In this document: positions 25,198-38,817 of the stretch, piece after piece
How the letters are laid out: the number at the start of each line of letters is the position of its first letter
Numbering within the stretch: position 1 is the stretch's first letter
NCBI GenBank assembly: GCA_964016885.1
Contig: OZ024751.1
Location: forward strand, 6,138,001 to 6,202,000
Direction: 5' to 3'
DNA: 64,000 nt
Source of the DNA: Eledone cirrhosa
Lineage: Eukaryota
Translations under genes and position numbers: made by a program
Notes under the pieces: generated by a model
Told to the model about the DNA's origin: nothing
Seen by the model: the letters and a program-made list of their open reading frames with translations, nothing else
Databases searched by the model: none

Positions 25198-25255
25198 ATA
25201 CCTGATGATATCACCGGATTCATACGGAACCCGGTCATTGAAATGATCATAGTAT
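25198..25255 (+). ncRNA. Minimal type I hammerhead ribozyme (inverted stub)
   Basis: Same motif read directly on the plus strand. Confidence 0.75.
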
Positions 25256-25301
25256 AATAAACCTTTCAAGGATTTACACAAATCCAGCCTCCTGTCATTT
25301 C

Positions 25302-25335
<34 letters not shown>

Positions 25336-25390
25336 GATGAATTAGTTTTGCGAGGTTTTTTATATGAAATCGTGTGTCGAAACAGATATT

Positions 25391-25792
25391 GTTATATTTG
25401 GGGAGGGTCATATTTGCGTAATATTGCCAGAATTAATAACAGAACACACTCACTGTTTGGTTGGTTTTCGCTTCTCGCTGTCTTTTATATATATATATCT
25501 GCGATCTAACTTACTCGGTCCTCAATGTTGCCATTGACTGACCGGCGGTCAAAAATAATACAGATACAATATAGACAAACACACATATATATATATATGT
25601 GTGTTTGTCTATATTGTATCTGTATTATTTTTGACCGCCGGTCAGTCAATGGCAACATTGAGGACCGAGTAAGTTAGATCGCAGATATATATATATAAAA
25701 GACAGCGAGAAGCGAAAACCAACCAAACAGTGAGTGTGTTCTGTTATTAATTCTGGCAATATTACGCAAATATGACCCTCCCCAAATATAAC
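25391..25792. repeat. Near-perfect ~400-bp palindrome centred on (TA)n
   Basis: Arms match apart from a 1-nt indel near the outer end. Centre near 25591. Confidence 0.9.
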
Positions 25793-25802
25793 TATATATA
25801 TA

Positions 25803-25951
<149 letters not shown>

Positions 25952-27049
25952 CTGGTGTGTGAAAATACACGTCTAATTTGATGTTGATCTTCATTTCATG
26001 TAGTCTATGAAATATCAACAAATAGCATTTAAAAACTTTTATGTTTGGGCCCAATTTTGGCAAACGCTGTACAAAGAAATAAGGTAAAACAACGAATTTT
26101 ATAAATGAAAACAAACAAAAATAAGAAACTGTGTAGTGTTAAATTTAAAATCGAATTTAAAATGTGGTAAAAGCTGGAAAAAGTCTAAACCATATTAATA
26201 AAAAAATTATATGCATATATGAGTGGGGTAATTATTTTGACAAATAACTTACTGGGTATAAGATTTTATAATCAGAGTAGACAAATCGGTGCTTCTTTTA
26301 TCTGAATGTCGACTGAATTACGTGACATAAATGGTGATCACGTGTTATTTTTAGTTTATTGCATTTTGGTTCCAACTGGTTTAGGCTGAGTCAACAAGAA
26401 CACCTTTATGTGAGCGTGCAATATGATTGATTTTCTAGTCTAATATTTCACTGATAATAACCTAGCGCCTTCCATGTGGACGGGAAAATTAGCAATTGCT
26501 CTCTCTGTATATAAATAGAGACCTTGCGGGTTGGAGGGAATAGTTTTTATCATAGGGTTATGGGACAATTATATAATAGCAAGGCAGCGCGCGAGAAGTC
26601 AGAGTCGTTAGAAAATCACATTATTGAATAAAATGATGTTTTTATCCTCGCTACCCATGCACATGTGGAGATTCGAATATATATATATAAATGTTTCAAC
26701 GCGATTTAGAGTAATGGCATCGTTGATAAATAAGCTTGAGACTCACGGACGTGGCTTTGAAGTCACCCTAGGAATTCACCTATGGCCAGCAATACCATGC
26801 ATCAGAAAATGTCACATACCAAGCGATTCCTGGAGCTTTTTTAAGCGAGGAAAGTCTTTGCACGGCGCCAATCCAACTCTCGGAACATCGAATGCGTTTC
26901 CACAAAAATGAAGAACTGGTCTAAACAAGTGCATGCAAACGAAGTCGCAGGATTTATATCAGGAAGACATTCTTGTAGAAAGATGTTTTAATGAAGACTG
27001 AGAGTCACTCACTCCACAACAATACTTTATTGGATGGACGTTGACTCTC

Positions 27050-29223
27050 GCCGGGAATTGCACAAAAAATACAAAAAACAACAGAATCTGCACTCACTAG
27101 CATTAATAATGAAGGACTTAGCATAGTAAAAAAAACTGAAAATATCTGATAAAACCGAACCCCTAAAAACTTGTAACCCCTCATTTAACCTAAAGGATCA
27201 CAAAAATAATTTCGAAATGGACCACACAATTAAATTAATATTCCCATCTAAGTCGGATATCGGTAGAATTAGCAAGTATATACTAGATAGAGTAATCGCA
27301 CAAATTAGGGACAAACTAATAATTAAGATATGGGGCAACATTAGCGAAGCAATAGACTGGTTCAGCAAAATAAACAGTAGAGAAACATCTAACTTGGTAC
27401 AATTCGACATTAATGACTACTACTCATCCATATCCCCAGTCAAACCATTGCCCAGAAAAATTCGAACCTTACCTCGGACGAAATTAAAATAATACTAGCT
27501 GCTAGAAGGACTATCATTAGATTCGAAAATAGTTACTGGGAACGAAAAAACAGACAGAATAGCTTCGATATCACAATGGGATCTAACGACTCAGCGCAAG
27601 TAACAGACTTGGTGGGAATATATTTAGTGCACGTCTTACAAAAGAAATTCAATAACCTCCAAGGAGGAATTTACAGAGACGATCACTCCTTCTAGTCAAA
27701 AACTTAAATAAACAGAACATAGAAATATTACGAAAAAACATTAGAGTATTCTTCAAAAACTAGGCCTAGGTATCACTTTCGAACTTAACTCTAAAAAAAG
27801 CAAATTTCTTAGATATAACTCTCAACCTAAACACAGTATTAATAGAGCCCTTCCATAAGAATAAATAAAATCTAGCCTACATTAGTTATAACTGAACCCC
27901 CTACCCGATCCATAATTAACTTCATATCACATAGTATATCCCTCCTATCTTCTAGAATATCACGCCTATCTTCGAGCCTAGAAATTTTTAACAAACAAGC
28001 AAACAAAAATAACATAGCTTTACATAAGGCTGGACATAAGAAGAAGCTGGAATACATACTAGATTGAGACAACAACAAGAAACCTAACGACAATAACACT
28101 ACCCGCTCATATAGAAATAACAAGCATAGGACTAAGCATAGAATTAAATAACGAGCACCAAAAATAACCGAACAGAACACTAATACAAGGAACCCCCAAA
28201 ACTATAGAGATAGAAAGTACCTATGGTTCAATCCAACATTCAACTCCTCTATAAAAACTAAACTACCTTCTACATTCTTTAAACTAATAGATAAGCACTT
28301 CCCTACACTACGCAAATACCATAAAATCTTCAATAGAGAAACTATAAAACTTTCCTCCTCAACTGCAGCCAACATAGAATCGCACATACGTAAGATCAAT
28401 CACAAAAAATATATCTAAAGAAATTAACCTACCAACACGCATCATGGCACCAAATACAAAACACAAACACATAATAACATCACAATCACAAACGCATCAG
28501 AACGCATCACAACAAAATATTAATAGGCCTAAATCACATCCCACCCACAACTTACAAAACCGCAACGATGAACCTGCACAAAGTAAAACCTCAAATTGTA
28601 ATTGCCACCTACCGGATAAGTGCCCACTACGGAATAGATGCCTGGATTCGAGTATGATATACCTGTGTACTGTGAATTCAGGCAATTATACTTGGCACTA
28701 CATAGGTTCCACGGCTGGGGAGTTCAAGCAAAGGTGGTACGTCCACAGACACTCCATGAAAAACCGTGCACTGGAGAAATAATTAATTGCAGGGTATCTA
28801 TATGAGTTAATAGGTCTATATTTTCTTTGTATTTCGGCTCCTTATCTGTTGAGCTTATAAAAAATGAGTGTAAATAGGCTATTATTTCTAGCATAACCAC
28901 TTGCACCGCATATGACCTTCAACGCACGAGGTGTAAATTTTAGTGAGTTTATCGTTGTAGGTGTTGTGTATCATTTAATCTTATCTCTCGCTGACGAAAT
29001 GCCTACGGATTACTTGTTACAAACACGATTCATTCAGGGCGAAACATTAAATCTTTAGTCTGTCCGGGAGATGAAATGGTTATTGATATGTTATGTATGA
29101 GAAATCTTGTAAGAAATCTTGTAACCTCCCATATGATTCAGGTTGAATTATATATAACATTTGTGGTGTAATCTACCCTCATAATTTTAGACACGGGATT
29201 TACTGTGTTTACTTCTACACATA

Positions 29224-29225
<2 letters not shown>
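27050..29225 (+). mobile_element. Decayed Penelope-like element (Hydra-like), frameshifted RT + GIY-YIG
   Basis: LIFPSKSDIGRISK, FDINDYYSSI, FDITMGSNDSAQVTDLVG, GGIYRD, WFNPTF, CNCHLPDKCPLRNRC and YIGSTAGEFKQRW, across several frames. Confidence 0.85.
28983..29072 (+). ncRNA. Type I hammerhead ribozyme in the pLTR
   Basis: ATCTCTCG-CTGACGA-aat-GCCT...GGGC-GAAA-CA...TG-TC-CGGGAGAT. 8-bp stem I, GUC site and a 3-nt insertion before stem II. Confidence 0.7.
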
Positions 29226-29269
<44 letters not shown>

Positions 29270-29284
<15 letters not shown>

Positions 29285-32200
29285 GCAAGTTTACGATTCT
29301 GTGTGTCCGCCTAAAACTAGCAAAGTACCGGACCAAACTCCTCAAAATTACATGTACATATTCACTATACATTCAGGTAACGGTCGAAAATATTTTACTT
29401 TGCATTTCAAGGAATTCATTTAAATTCAATTTATCTTATTTTCTAATTAATATCAAAATAGATGATCCATTTTGTTTTTTATGTTCTCCAGTCTGTAGAT
29501 ACGAGAGTGAGGAATGGGAGAGAGAAAGAGAGAGAGTAAGGGATGAGAGAGAAAGAGAGAGAGTGGGAGATGGGAGAGAGAGTAAGGAGATGAGAGAGAA
29601 AGAGAGAGAGTGAGTGGATGGGAGAGAGAGAGTAAGGGGATGTGAGAGAGAGAGAAAGAAAGAGAGTAAGGGATGAGAGAGAAATAGAGAGAGAGAAAGA
29701 GAGAGAGAGTGGGAGATGGGAGAGAGAGTAAGGGGATGTGAGAGAAAGACGATGAAAGAGAGAGAGGGAAAGCAACAAGCGTTGTTAACTTTTATTTATT
29801 TATTGTTTTTACACACTTTTTTAACTCTACCGCTTCCTTAACAAAAAGAGAGAGAGAGTAATGGGATGGGAGAGTGAGAGAGGGAAAGAAGCCAGCGTTC
29901 ATTAACTTTTATTTATTTATCATTTTCACACACTTCTTAACTCTCTCCATGTTATTTATCTTTTATTTATTTTTTGTTCGCTATTCTGTAGAGAAAAACC
30001 ACCTTCGAATGGTATATATACATGTAGATATGATACATCAAATAAAATCGTAATTGACAATATATAATACATAGAAATTGGACGAAGTCTTACGTAATCA
30101 GTAACGTAATCCATGATACATTAAAAAAGGCGATATTATATATGACGGAAAATTAGTATATTTATTTTAGCGATCACCACCTGAAGTGTTGACATTTCAG
30201 AAATTTTATAGAAGTAAATCATTAAATAAACAAAATATATTTAATGAATAACCACGAAATTTAGTAGATAAATTATGTAATATTCATTCATTATTTATTC
30301 AAAGTAATCCAACTTATTTACAAACGGGATAAAAAAAAAAAACCGTATGCAATCCCGCAGATTTACACACACATATGTGTGTGTTATGGGGGATGGGGGG
30401 CTTTCTTTAGCAGACGATATATGTTACCATCAAAGCTTATTTTCTACATATGTCTGAAGAAATCACAGATGCTTTTATAGAAATGGTATATATGTATGTA
30501 TTTAACAGATTTTTAAAAAAAAGGTATTTTTAAAAGATATTTGAATATATTATTTTCCGCTGTTATCTGAATTAACACAGAAAATAATTTTTTTGTAGTA
30601 TTTGTCGTTTTTTTTTTGGGGGGGGGGGGGGGGGGGAAGTTGGATAAAAAATGATAACTTCAGTATAGAATCTGAACTCCCTATATTTTCTACATATGTC
30701 TAAAATTAATTACACCTAATATACATTCATATAAAGAGATCATTTAAAACAACTTTACTGAGTGAACAAAACATTCTATAGTTGTTTCTATTTCGGAAAG
30801 AGTGTGGTGTGTAATAATTGTTTCTACTTTTGGCACAAGACCAGCAATTATTCCAGAGCATTACTAGTACTTTATTTTATCGTGTGCTGTGTAATAATAT
30901 CACTTCAAATGTCTAGGAAACGTTCCAAATCATTATATGGAAGGTCATCTTCAGAGGCTAAGAGAAAGGAAACACAGCAATCTGAAGAAAGTGAAGAAGT
31001 TCGGCATGCCCGTCTAGCTGCTAACAGAGCCCAAACAGATTTAGCACGAGCACACCGTTTGGATGAAAGACAACAAAGGACAGCGACTACACGAGAACAG
31101 CAAATTAAAGAACAGCAGCAAATCAGACGAAATGCTAATCAAGCACATCGTTCTACTGCCCGAGCAGGAGAACAAGCCACAAGTAAAATGAACTGGCTGA
31201 TTGGTTCTTTTTCCTATGACCCCCAAAAGGACTACAGCAGTAATCCACAAATCAACATTGGGTAATTGAACAAATGCTGCCAGTATTGTGGTGCCAAGAA
31301 GTGGGCAGCAGAAACACCAAGTTTATGCTGCTCAAAAGGCAAAGTGAGCCTTAAAACAATACAAGAAACCCCTGAATTTCTGAATAATCTGCTCCTTTAG
31401 CATACATCAGAAGTACGACACTTCAATAAATACATTATAAAATATAATTCTGCCTTTCAAATGACATCTGTTGGGGCTGACAGAAATGTGACTGACTTTA
31501 GATTCTGTACAACTTATAACATTCAGGGACAGTGTTACCACTTAATGGGTGGCCTTCTGCCACTTTCACAGGAGCCTCATAAATTTGTGCAGGTTTACTT
31601 CATGGGTCGAAATGAAACACAGGCACAACAAAGATGTACCAATGTCCATGGTGGATTGCAGTTCTACATAGTCATAAAGTTACAAGAAATGCTTCACCAA
31701 CTTCACATGTACGTCAGTGTATTTAAATATGCACTGGAGCATATGAACAACACCAGAGATCGTAAAATCATCATTAGGGCAGACAAAAAATTAGGGCAGA
31801 ACATGAACACAGATTCAATGCATCTGTCACTGATGAAGTTGAAATCATAATGGTTGATGAACAGCATGAACGATGTGACATTGGTTTGCAAAAACGAAAT
31901 GGACATTTGGAGCGAATTTGTTAAACTCATAGAGCCTATGGTTCACTCCAATAACCACTCATCTTTTGGAATGGTCAAGATGGATATCGTTTTTAGCTAC
32001 GGCAGATCAGCCCAGGAATGGGACAAGAAACTGGCCGACCAATCAGCTGCAAAGAATTCTATGCTTATGATTTCATGGTACGTGATCACTTCAACCAAGT
32101 TCTGCGATTCAAACAAGTAACCAGCCAGTTCATAGTGGACATGTATGTCACAATTGAAACAGAAAGATTGGGTTTTCTGCGAAGGAATCAAACTAAGTTG

Positions 32201-35200
32201 AAGGCAGATAACTACTCCACCTTAGAGATGCCGTCAATTCTGATGTCGACCCAAGAAATATTGGCTAGCCAGTCATACTACCGTCAAGCCTCACAAGATG
32301 CAATACGATAAGGCCAGATGATGTTTATAAGATCATTTCAGCAGAGTTGCCTGAGAAAGGTGGTGATCCAGAGCTTTTTAAAACCATCAAGTCCCCAAAC
32401 TCATTCATGGTCCATGTGGAGTCATCAATCCAGCCTCTCCCTGCATGAAAGATCAAAAATGCAGCAAACATTATCCTAGAGCATTTATTCGGGAAACTCG
32501 GACTGACAATAATGGATACCCCCTTTATCGTAGGCGCAGACCAGAACATGGAGGCAATACTGCAAGCCTAACATTTCGAGGAGAGTAGCTGACCATAAAC
32601 AATCAGTGGGTCGTCCCACACAAATTGTTGTGTAAACTTTTAAAAGCTCATATCAATGTTGAGTATTGCAGCTCCGTCAAGGCAATCCTATGTGTCACAA
32701 AATATATATACAAGGACAGTAACATGGCTACCTTCAAAGAACTCAATGATGGGGGGCTGGATGCGGTCAAGCGGTATCAAACAGGTCGATACATCTCCAG
32801 CAATGAAGCTACCTGGCGAATCTTTGGATTTGATATCCATCAACGGCACCCAACAGTGGTCAACCTCGCAGTCCATCTGGAAAATGGACAGAGAGTGTAC
32901 TTCACTAAGATCACTGCTCATCAATTGGCACAAGCATCACATGACACTACACTAACTCCTTTCTTTAAACTCTACCAGAATGATGAATTTGCTCGATCCC
33001 TCCTATATGCTGAAGTCCCAGCATATTACACCTGGACCAATTGCAAGACCTGGAATCGAAGAAAGCAGGGTCATTTAGTGGAAGGTCATGAAGTCAAGTC
33101 AAGTGATACTATTGGGCGTTTCCAATGTCCATCCCAACAACAGAGAATGTTTTTATATACGGCTACTTCTGCATACTGTTCGAGGACCAACGTCATTTGA
33201 GGATCTTAGGTGCTTCAGAGGAAGGGAGTGCGCAGCATACCAAGAAGCATGTAAACAGCATGGACTCCTGCATGACAATGGACACTAGAAGAAGTGCCAG
33301 AAAAAGCATCAATCACTCAAGTAGGCAGTCAAATAAGACAATTATTTGCTATATGCTCACAGCATGTGGAATCGATGAAGCTAATCTACTCTGGCAGGAG
33401 TACAAAAAACAATATGTCGGACGACTATCTACACCTAGCCCGAAGACATCATGGCAATATGTATATGGAATATAGCCCCAGGATTTACAATCAAGCTCTC
33501 TGTGACCTGTCCCATCGAGTTCAGGCAATGAATAGCACATTAGCTAACTGCGAGATGCCAGAGACAGATGAAGAAATGGAGGTAGCACAAGACACTTTTA
33601 AGGAGACAAACTACAATATTCAAGTATTGCGTAAGTTTGTGGATGAAAATGAACCTCGATTGATGGATGACCAGAAATACGCCTACCACAACATCATCGA
33701 AAACATTCAAAATGGCAGGGGAGGACTTTTCCTCACCGATTCTCCTGCTGGTACAGACAAGAAATTACTCATAAACCTCCTGCTTGCATCAGTTCACCAA
33801 AAGCAGCATATTTTCCTTGCTGTGACTTCAAGTGACATTGCAGCAACACTTTTGGATGGAAGAAGAACTATACACTCCATGATTAAGCTGCCCATAGATC
33901 TCACATGGCATTAACAATCTTTTTGCAGCATCAAGAAGAACTCACCCAAGGGCAAGCTTCTGCAAACATGCATGATGATAATTTGGGATGAAGCTACTAT
34001 GAGCGATAAGGGAGAATTGAAACTTTGGACCGGACGATTTGAGAGAAAATAGTTGCATAATGGGAGGAGTGACAATGGTTCTTGCTGGTGATTTCAGACA
34101 ATCTCTGCTTCTAATTATTCGAGGGACTCGAGCTGATCAGCTCAATGCCTGTCTGAAAACATCCTATCTCTGGCCCCACTTTCAGCTGCTGAGCCTTAAA
34201 ACCAACATGCGAGTGCACTTAACTGGCGACGAAGGTGTCAGTGATTTTGCCATCCAACTACTTAAATTGGGAAATGGACTTCTTGAAAAGGACTCCAATG
34301 ACCATATTCAGTTGTCATTTGGCCATATCATTGACACAGAACAAGAACTGATAGCCAGAGTGTTTCCAAACATTCAGACCAGGCAATGTGATCAGAAATG
34401 GCTCTGTAAACGAGCAATCTTAGCACCTAAAAATGTTGCTGTGAAAGAAATCAACAGAAGACTGCTGGGGATGTTACCGGGAGAGAAAATATGCTACAAA
34501 TCAGTTGACACAATCACTTGTCAAGACCAGATTGTAAACTATCAAACTGAATTTTTTAACAGTCTTGAACGAGCGGTAATTCCTCCACACATCCTGATAC
34601 TGAAGCCTGGAGCATCGGTTACGCTACTTCGCAATCTGGATCTTCCAAAACTTTGTAATGGCACAAGACTCATCATCAAAAATATGATGTCCAATGTTCT
34701 AGAAGTTGCAATCATGTTAGGAAAATTTGCTGGTGACAATTGTTTAATTCCCAGAATAACTCTGAAGCCAACTGATTTGCTATTTGAATTTCAAAGACTT
34801 CAATTTCCGATCAGGCTCAGTTTTGCCATGACCATTAATAAATCTCAAGGGCAATCATTGAAAGTCGTTGGGTTGAATCTGGCAGATCCTGTCTTTTCAC
34901 ATGGTCAACTCTATGTTGACACAATAAGGGTTGGGAACTTTGATTGTCTCTTCGTTGTGGCACCACAGGGCGAAACCAAGAATGTTGTTTATCCAGAGGC
35001 TTTGGAATGAGCAATGTCGTAATTCCCCATTCAATAACAATACACACATATCCTAATTTCTTAGTCATGTAGTTTGCAAGAAATTCTGAAGCCGCAAATT
35101 TACTGCATGGTGTTACTTTGGAAGAATATGCAGGCATTCCCGGGTACCTCTGCTATATAAAGTAGAATAAGTGAGGACTTTGTTGGTTAGAAATAGCAGC

Positions 35201-35963
35201 CAAATTTCCTTCAAATCCCACCTTACTTTCTCAGGTATGTATATATGCATGAAGCAAAAAGGAATGACTCTATGTGATAACTCGGTCTACTAGAAATATT
35301 AGCAAAATCCATTTCAAATCACAAACAACTGTCTTAGACACATACATGTGTGTGTATGTATGTATGTCATGTGAGCCACTATAACTGTTGGTATAGCTAA
35401 TAGAAATAGAAAACAAATCTCCCTCAAGGTCCTACTGCCATAGAGGCAAAGATTGGTGAAAGCTACAGTGTACACATTTAAATACACTTTCGCCAAATTA
35501 CAGAAATGAGTAAGTAAATGCTTCATTCAATCATAAACCAATGCTTAATTTATTTTCCTATTTTATTTATGGTTTTTAAAATAGTCTTTACATGTTATTT
35601 GAATTCAGATGTTCACATTGAGCAAAAAAAAGAAAATAGAAAAGGATAAATAAAAGAAAAATCTAAATGCATTTTTTTGGTCATACCCTTTTTACTGACA
35701 ACATACCTAATGATTCATCTATGAGTAAAGCATTATATATGCTGACTGTAATAGGGAGCAGTATTCAAAAAATCACCACTGGAAAAAACTAATGTTTTTA
35801 TCTAGATGATTTACTTTGACCAAACGGCAATAAATATTCTGCTATAATTCCTACTTTGGTTAAAATTCAGCAATCATATTTGAATGGTCAAATATTTTGT
35901 AATGTGTGCCAAATATATTGTAACTTTCATAAAATACCCGGGTATCACCGAGTAGCTCAGCTA

Positions 35964-35964
<1 letters not shown>
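29270..35964 (+). mobile_element. Helitron (decayed autonomous copy)
   Basis: Contains a RepHel pseudogene. 3' end has a short hairpin (about 35935-35954) + CTAG|T at 35961-35965. 5' end is obscured in (TA)n. GA-rich minisatellite at 29505-29770. Confidence 0.8.
30909..35010 (+). pseudogene. Helitron RepHel (Rep + PIF1-family helicase), multiple stops and frameshifts
   Basis: YNSAFQMTSVG, HGPCG, HINVEYCSSVKA, GRYISSNEATWRIF, LAVHLENGQ, LAGDFRQ, LCNGTRL, FAMTINKSQGQSL, FSHGQLYV and TKNVVYPEAL. Confidence 0.92.
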
Positions 35965-35999
<35 letters not shown>

Positions 36000-36004
<5 letters not shown>

Positions 36005-37250
36005 AAATATTAACAATATTAATAAATGGAAAATATCTTTACAAGACCATATTTATTTTATCATACGTATTTCAAGTGTTCTAATATTTAAGTACGCTTT
36101 CGTCAGATAAAATATAATATTTGGTATTAAGATAGTGACATATCTTCATGGGAACTTAATGTTATAAGCCAAGGGAAGATAGTGATTGAAAAATTCAAAA
36201 ACAAAGGATATATGTTAATACATTAGAAAAGAAAAAAAGTTGTTAAATTTAGACGCTTGATAAATTTTGAAAAAAAACATGTTTATATATTTTAATACTA
36301 TGAGTGTAATCATAATGTTTACATGAGAAATATAATGTATTGAAGTATATTATAAGCCATTACTGTATATCGTTAATTAAAATAATAAATAATTATTCAG
36401 TACATAAGTGATTATGCGTGAATATACATCATATGTAAGTATATATATACAAAGAACTATAAGAGAGATCAAGTAATATTATATATGTATTTTTTACATA
36501 TATTTCAAGAATGTGAAACTAATTATATTTCTTACGGAGAAATGTACAGTATTGTGGTATAATCTATTATTGTATATGGTTAGTAATATAATATTTAAAC
36601 AGTTATGTTAGTTGAAATATTTCGTATATATGAATTTTGACTGTGTAAACAAAAGAATTTTGGGAGATAACTCTAAAATTAAGTATTTTAAGGAACATTT
36701 AATAATATATTGTTATATCTAATTAATTATAATTTATATTATAAGTAAATAATATATAAAAGATTTCAGAGCACCATATAGTAAATATGGTTTTGATAAT
36801 AGTTGTGTTACATTGTATAAGATATGTTTCTATGTATTAAATTTAAAAGTATTTGCATTCATATTGTAGGTTTTCCGTATCTAATCTTTGATAAAGAAAT
36901 AATATTCTCTTATCAAACATATATGTTTACTGCATGTAGCAGGAAAATTCTGGCGATTATCTTCTTACTTTATATAGAAAAGATTAAAAGCAACTTTATA
37001 ATATATCACACCTCGACAAAATCTATGTGATATTTTTACACCGAGTAACAAACTTTAGTTCGGTATAATGTTCCTTGTATATAACTTATGGAAATAAGCA
37101 TAAATTATTAAATCACTTTCCTATTATAACATTTAAATCGAATGTAATAAATTGTATTTCAACATAATTTCGTAGTTTCTATAGAGCTATATATATTTCC
37201 AACGTCTCCTAAACACTCCCGCACCAATCTAATACTTATTTATTACGGGC
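36000..37250 (-). mobile_element. Possible highly decayed AT-rich Penelope-like remnant
   Basis: Hammerhead + AATAAA next to (TA)n. Only faint peptide traces (ITFD, YGKPT, IWCSE). Confidence 0.35.
36055..36113 (-). ncRNA. Minimal type I hammerhead motif, probably inactivated (G at position 17)
   Basis: ATTTTAT-CTGACGA-AAGCGT...ACACTT-GAAA-TACGTA-TG-ATAAAAT, overlapping AATAAA. Confidence 0.65.
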
Positions 37251-37257
37251 ATCAAAA

Positions 37258-37444
37258 TAATTGTTTCTACTTTAGGCACAAGGCCAGCAATTACCCAGTG
37301 CATTACTGGTACTTTATTTTATCGACCCCGTAAGGATGAAAGGCAAAGTCAACCTCGGCGGGATTTGAACTCAGATCGTAAAGGGACGTAACTATGCTGG
37401 AAAGCATGGCGTCAAACCCTCTACCGATACTGCCAATCCACGCC
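37258..37444 (-). mobile_element. SINE family 1
   Basis: Near-identical to 1580-1764. Confidence 0.88.
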
Positions 37445-37790
37445 AAACATATTGAATGATTATAATCTGGAGTTGATATGTTCTTTCCTTTGAAATTGTT
37501 TGTTTCAATTGAAATCTTAAACAGATTATGGAGAAAAAAATCCATTTTATATTATTCTTACAATTTGACATTAAATTTCAAATTGCATTATTACAGTTGC
37601 AGCTTGTAGTGTTAAACGGTATTGGCCGAGGAATGCTTTAAGTCATTGACAAACTGAACATAGGGCAAGAAACAAACACAAGAATGTCCAATATATTATT
37701 AATGTATTAATAAAATTAATTAACAGAACATTAATGTAATGACTGAGAAACTCACACATACATATATAGACATACACATACCCCCCCCCC

Positions 37791-37888
<98 letters not shown>

Positions 37889-38142
37889 CATGTGTGTGTG
37901 TGTATGTGTGTGTGTGCGCGCCCGTGTGTGTGTGTGTGTGTGTGTGATTCTGTTTCCCATGAATATTCAGGCGAAAAATTGCCGAAACGGACAGTAACAT
38001 TTCTTGGTAGTAATATCACCTATATATATTTATATATGTTTCTGCTTTTGTGCATATATGTATGTTATTATGTATATATATGTGTATGTGTGTGTGTATA
38101 TCTATATGTCTATACATATATCTATATATACATACATATACC

Positions 38143-38206
<64 letters not shown>

Positions 38207-38252
38207 TACATAGATAAATATACACGGGTGTGTATGATTGTGTATAGAAGAT

Positions 38253-38595
38253 TATATTAATAAAAGGAATTCCAACTTTGTCTGATTTACTCGTTTTATT
38301 TACAATCCTTTAAAATTTATAATGGTATTAGAATGAAATAGTATGGTAGAATATTAAATGTTAAGTGTTAATTGAACAAGTACTTTCATGCTTTCGCAAT
38401 CTTCAGGTCCATAATGTGTGGTACTTGACTGTCACCACAAATTATGAACCTGCAGATTGCGAAAGTATGAAAGTACTTGTTCAATTAACACTTAACATTT
38501 AATATTCTACCATACTATTTCATTCTAATACCATTATACATTTTAAAGGATTGTAAATAAAACGAGTAAATCAGACAAAGTTGGAATTCCTTTTA

Positions 38596-38603
<8 letters not shown>
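38253..38603. repeat. Head-to-head palindromic element (~170-bp arms) with minimal hammerheads
   Basis: Arms are reverse complements about a centre near 38428. (TA)n on the right. Confidence 0.9.
38374..38410 (-). ncRNA. Minimal type I hammerhead motif (mirror 38446-38482 has a CTGCAGA mutation)
   Basis: GGAC-CTGAAGA-tTGC(GAAA)GCAt-GAAA-GTAC-TT-GTTC. Stem III AGTACT is palindromic. Confidence 0.65.
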
Positions 38604-38666
<63 letters not shown>

Positions 38667-38713
38667 GTATATGTATAAATATTTACATATATAATATATA
38701 CACATACATACGG

Positions 38714-38746
<33 letters not shown>

Positions 38747-38764
38747 CTATATATATATATACAG

Positions 38765-38817
<53 letters not shown>

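Larger units (their letters stand above)
21603..25307 (-). mobile_element. ORF-less hammerhead-bearing element: 2804-bp unit with 759-bp direct terminal repeat and inverted 5' stub
   Basis: 21603-22361 matches 24407-25165 (offset 2804). 25164-25307 is an inverted copy of the ribozyme region. (TA)n on both sides. Internal duplications at about 22240-22735/22740-23250 and 23480-24110. Confidence 0.8.
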
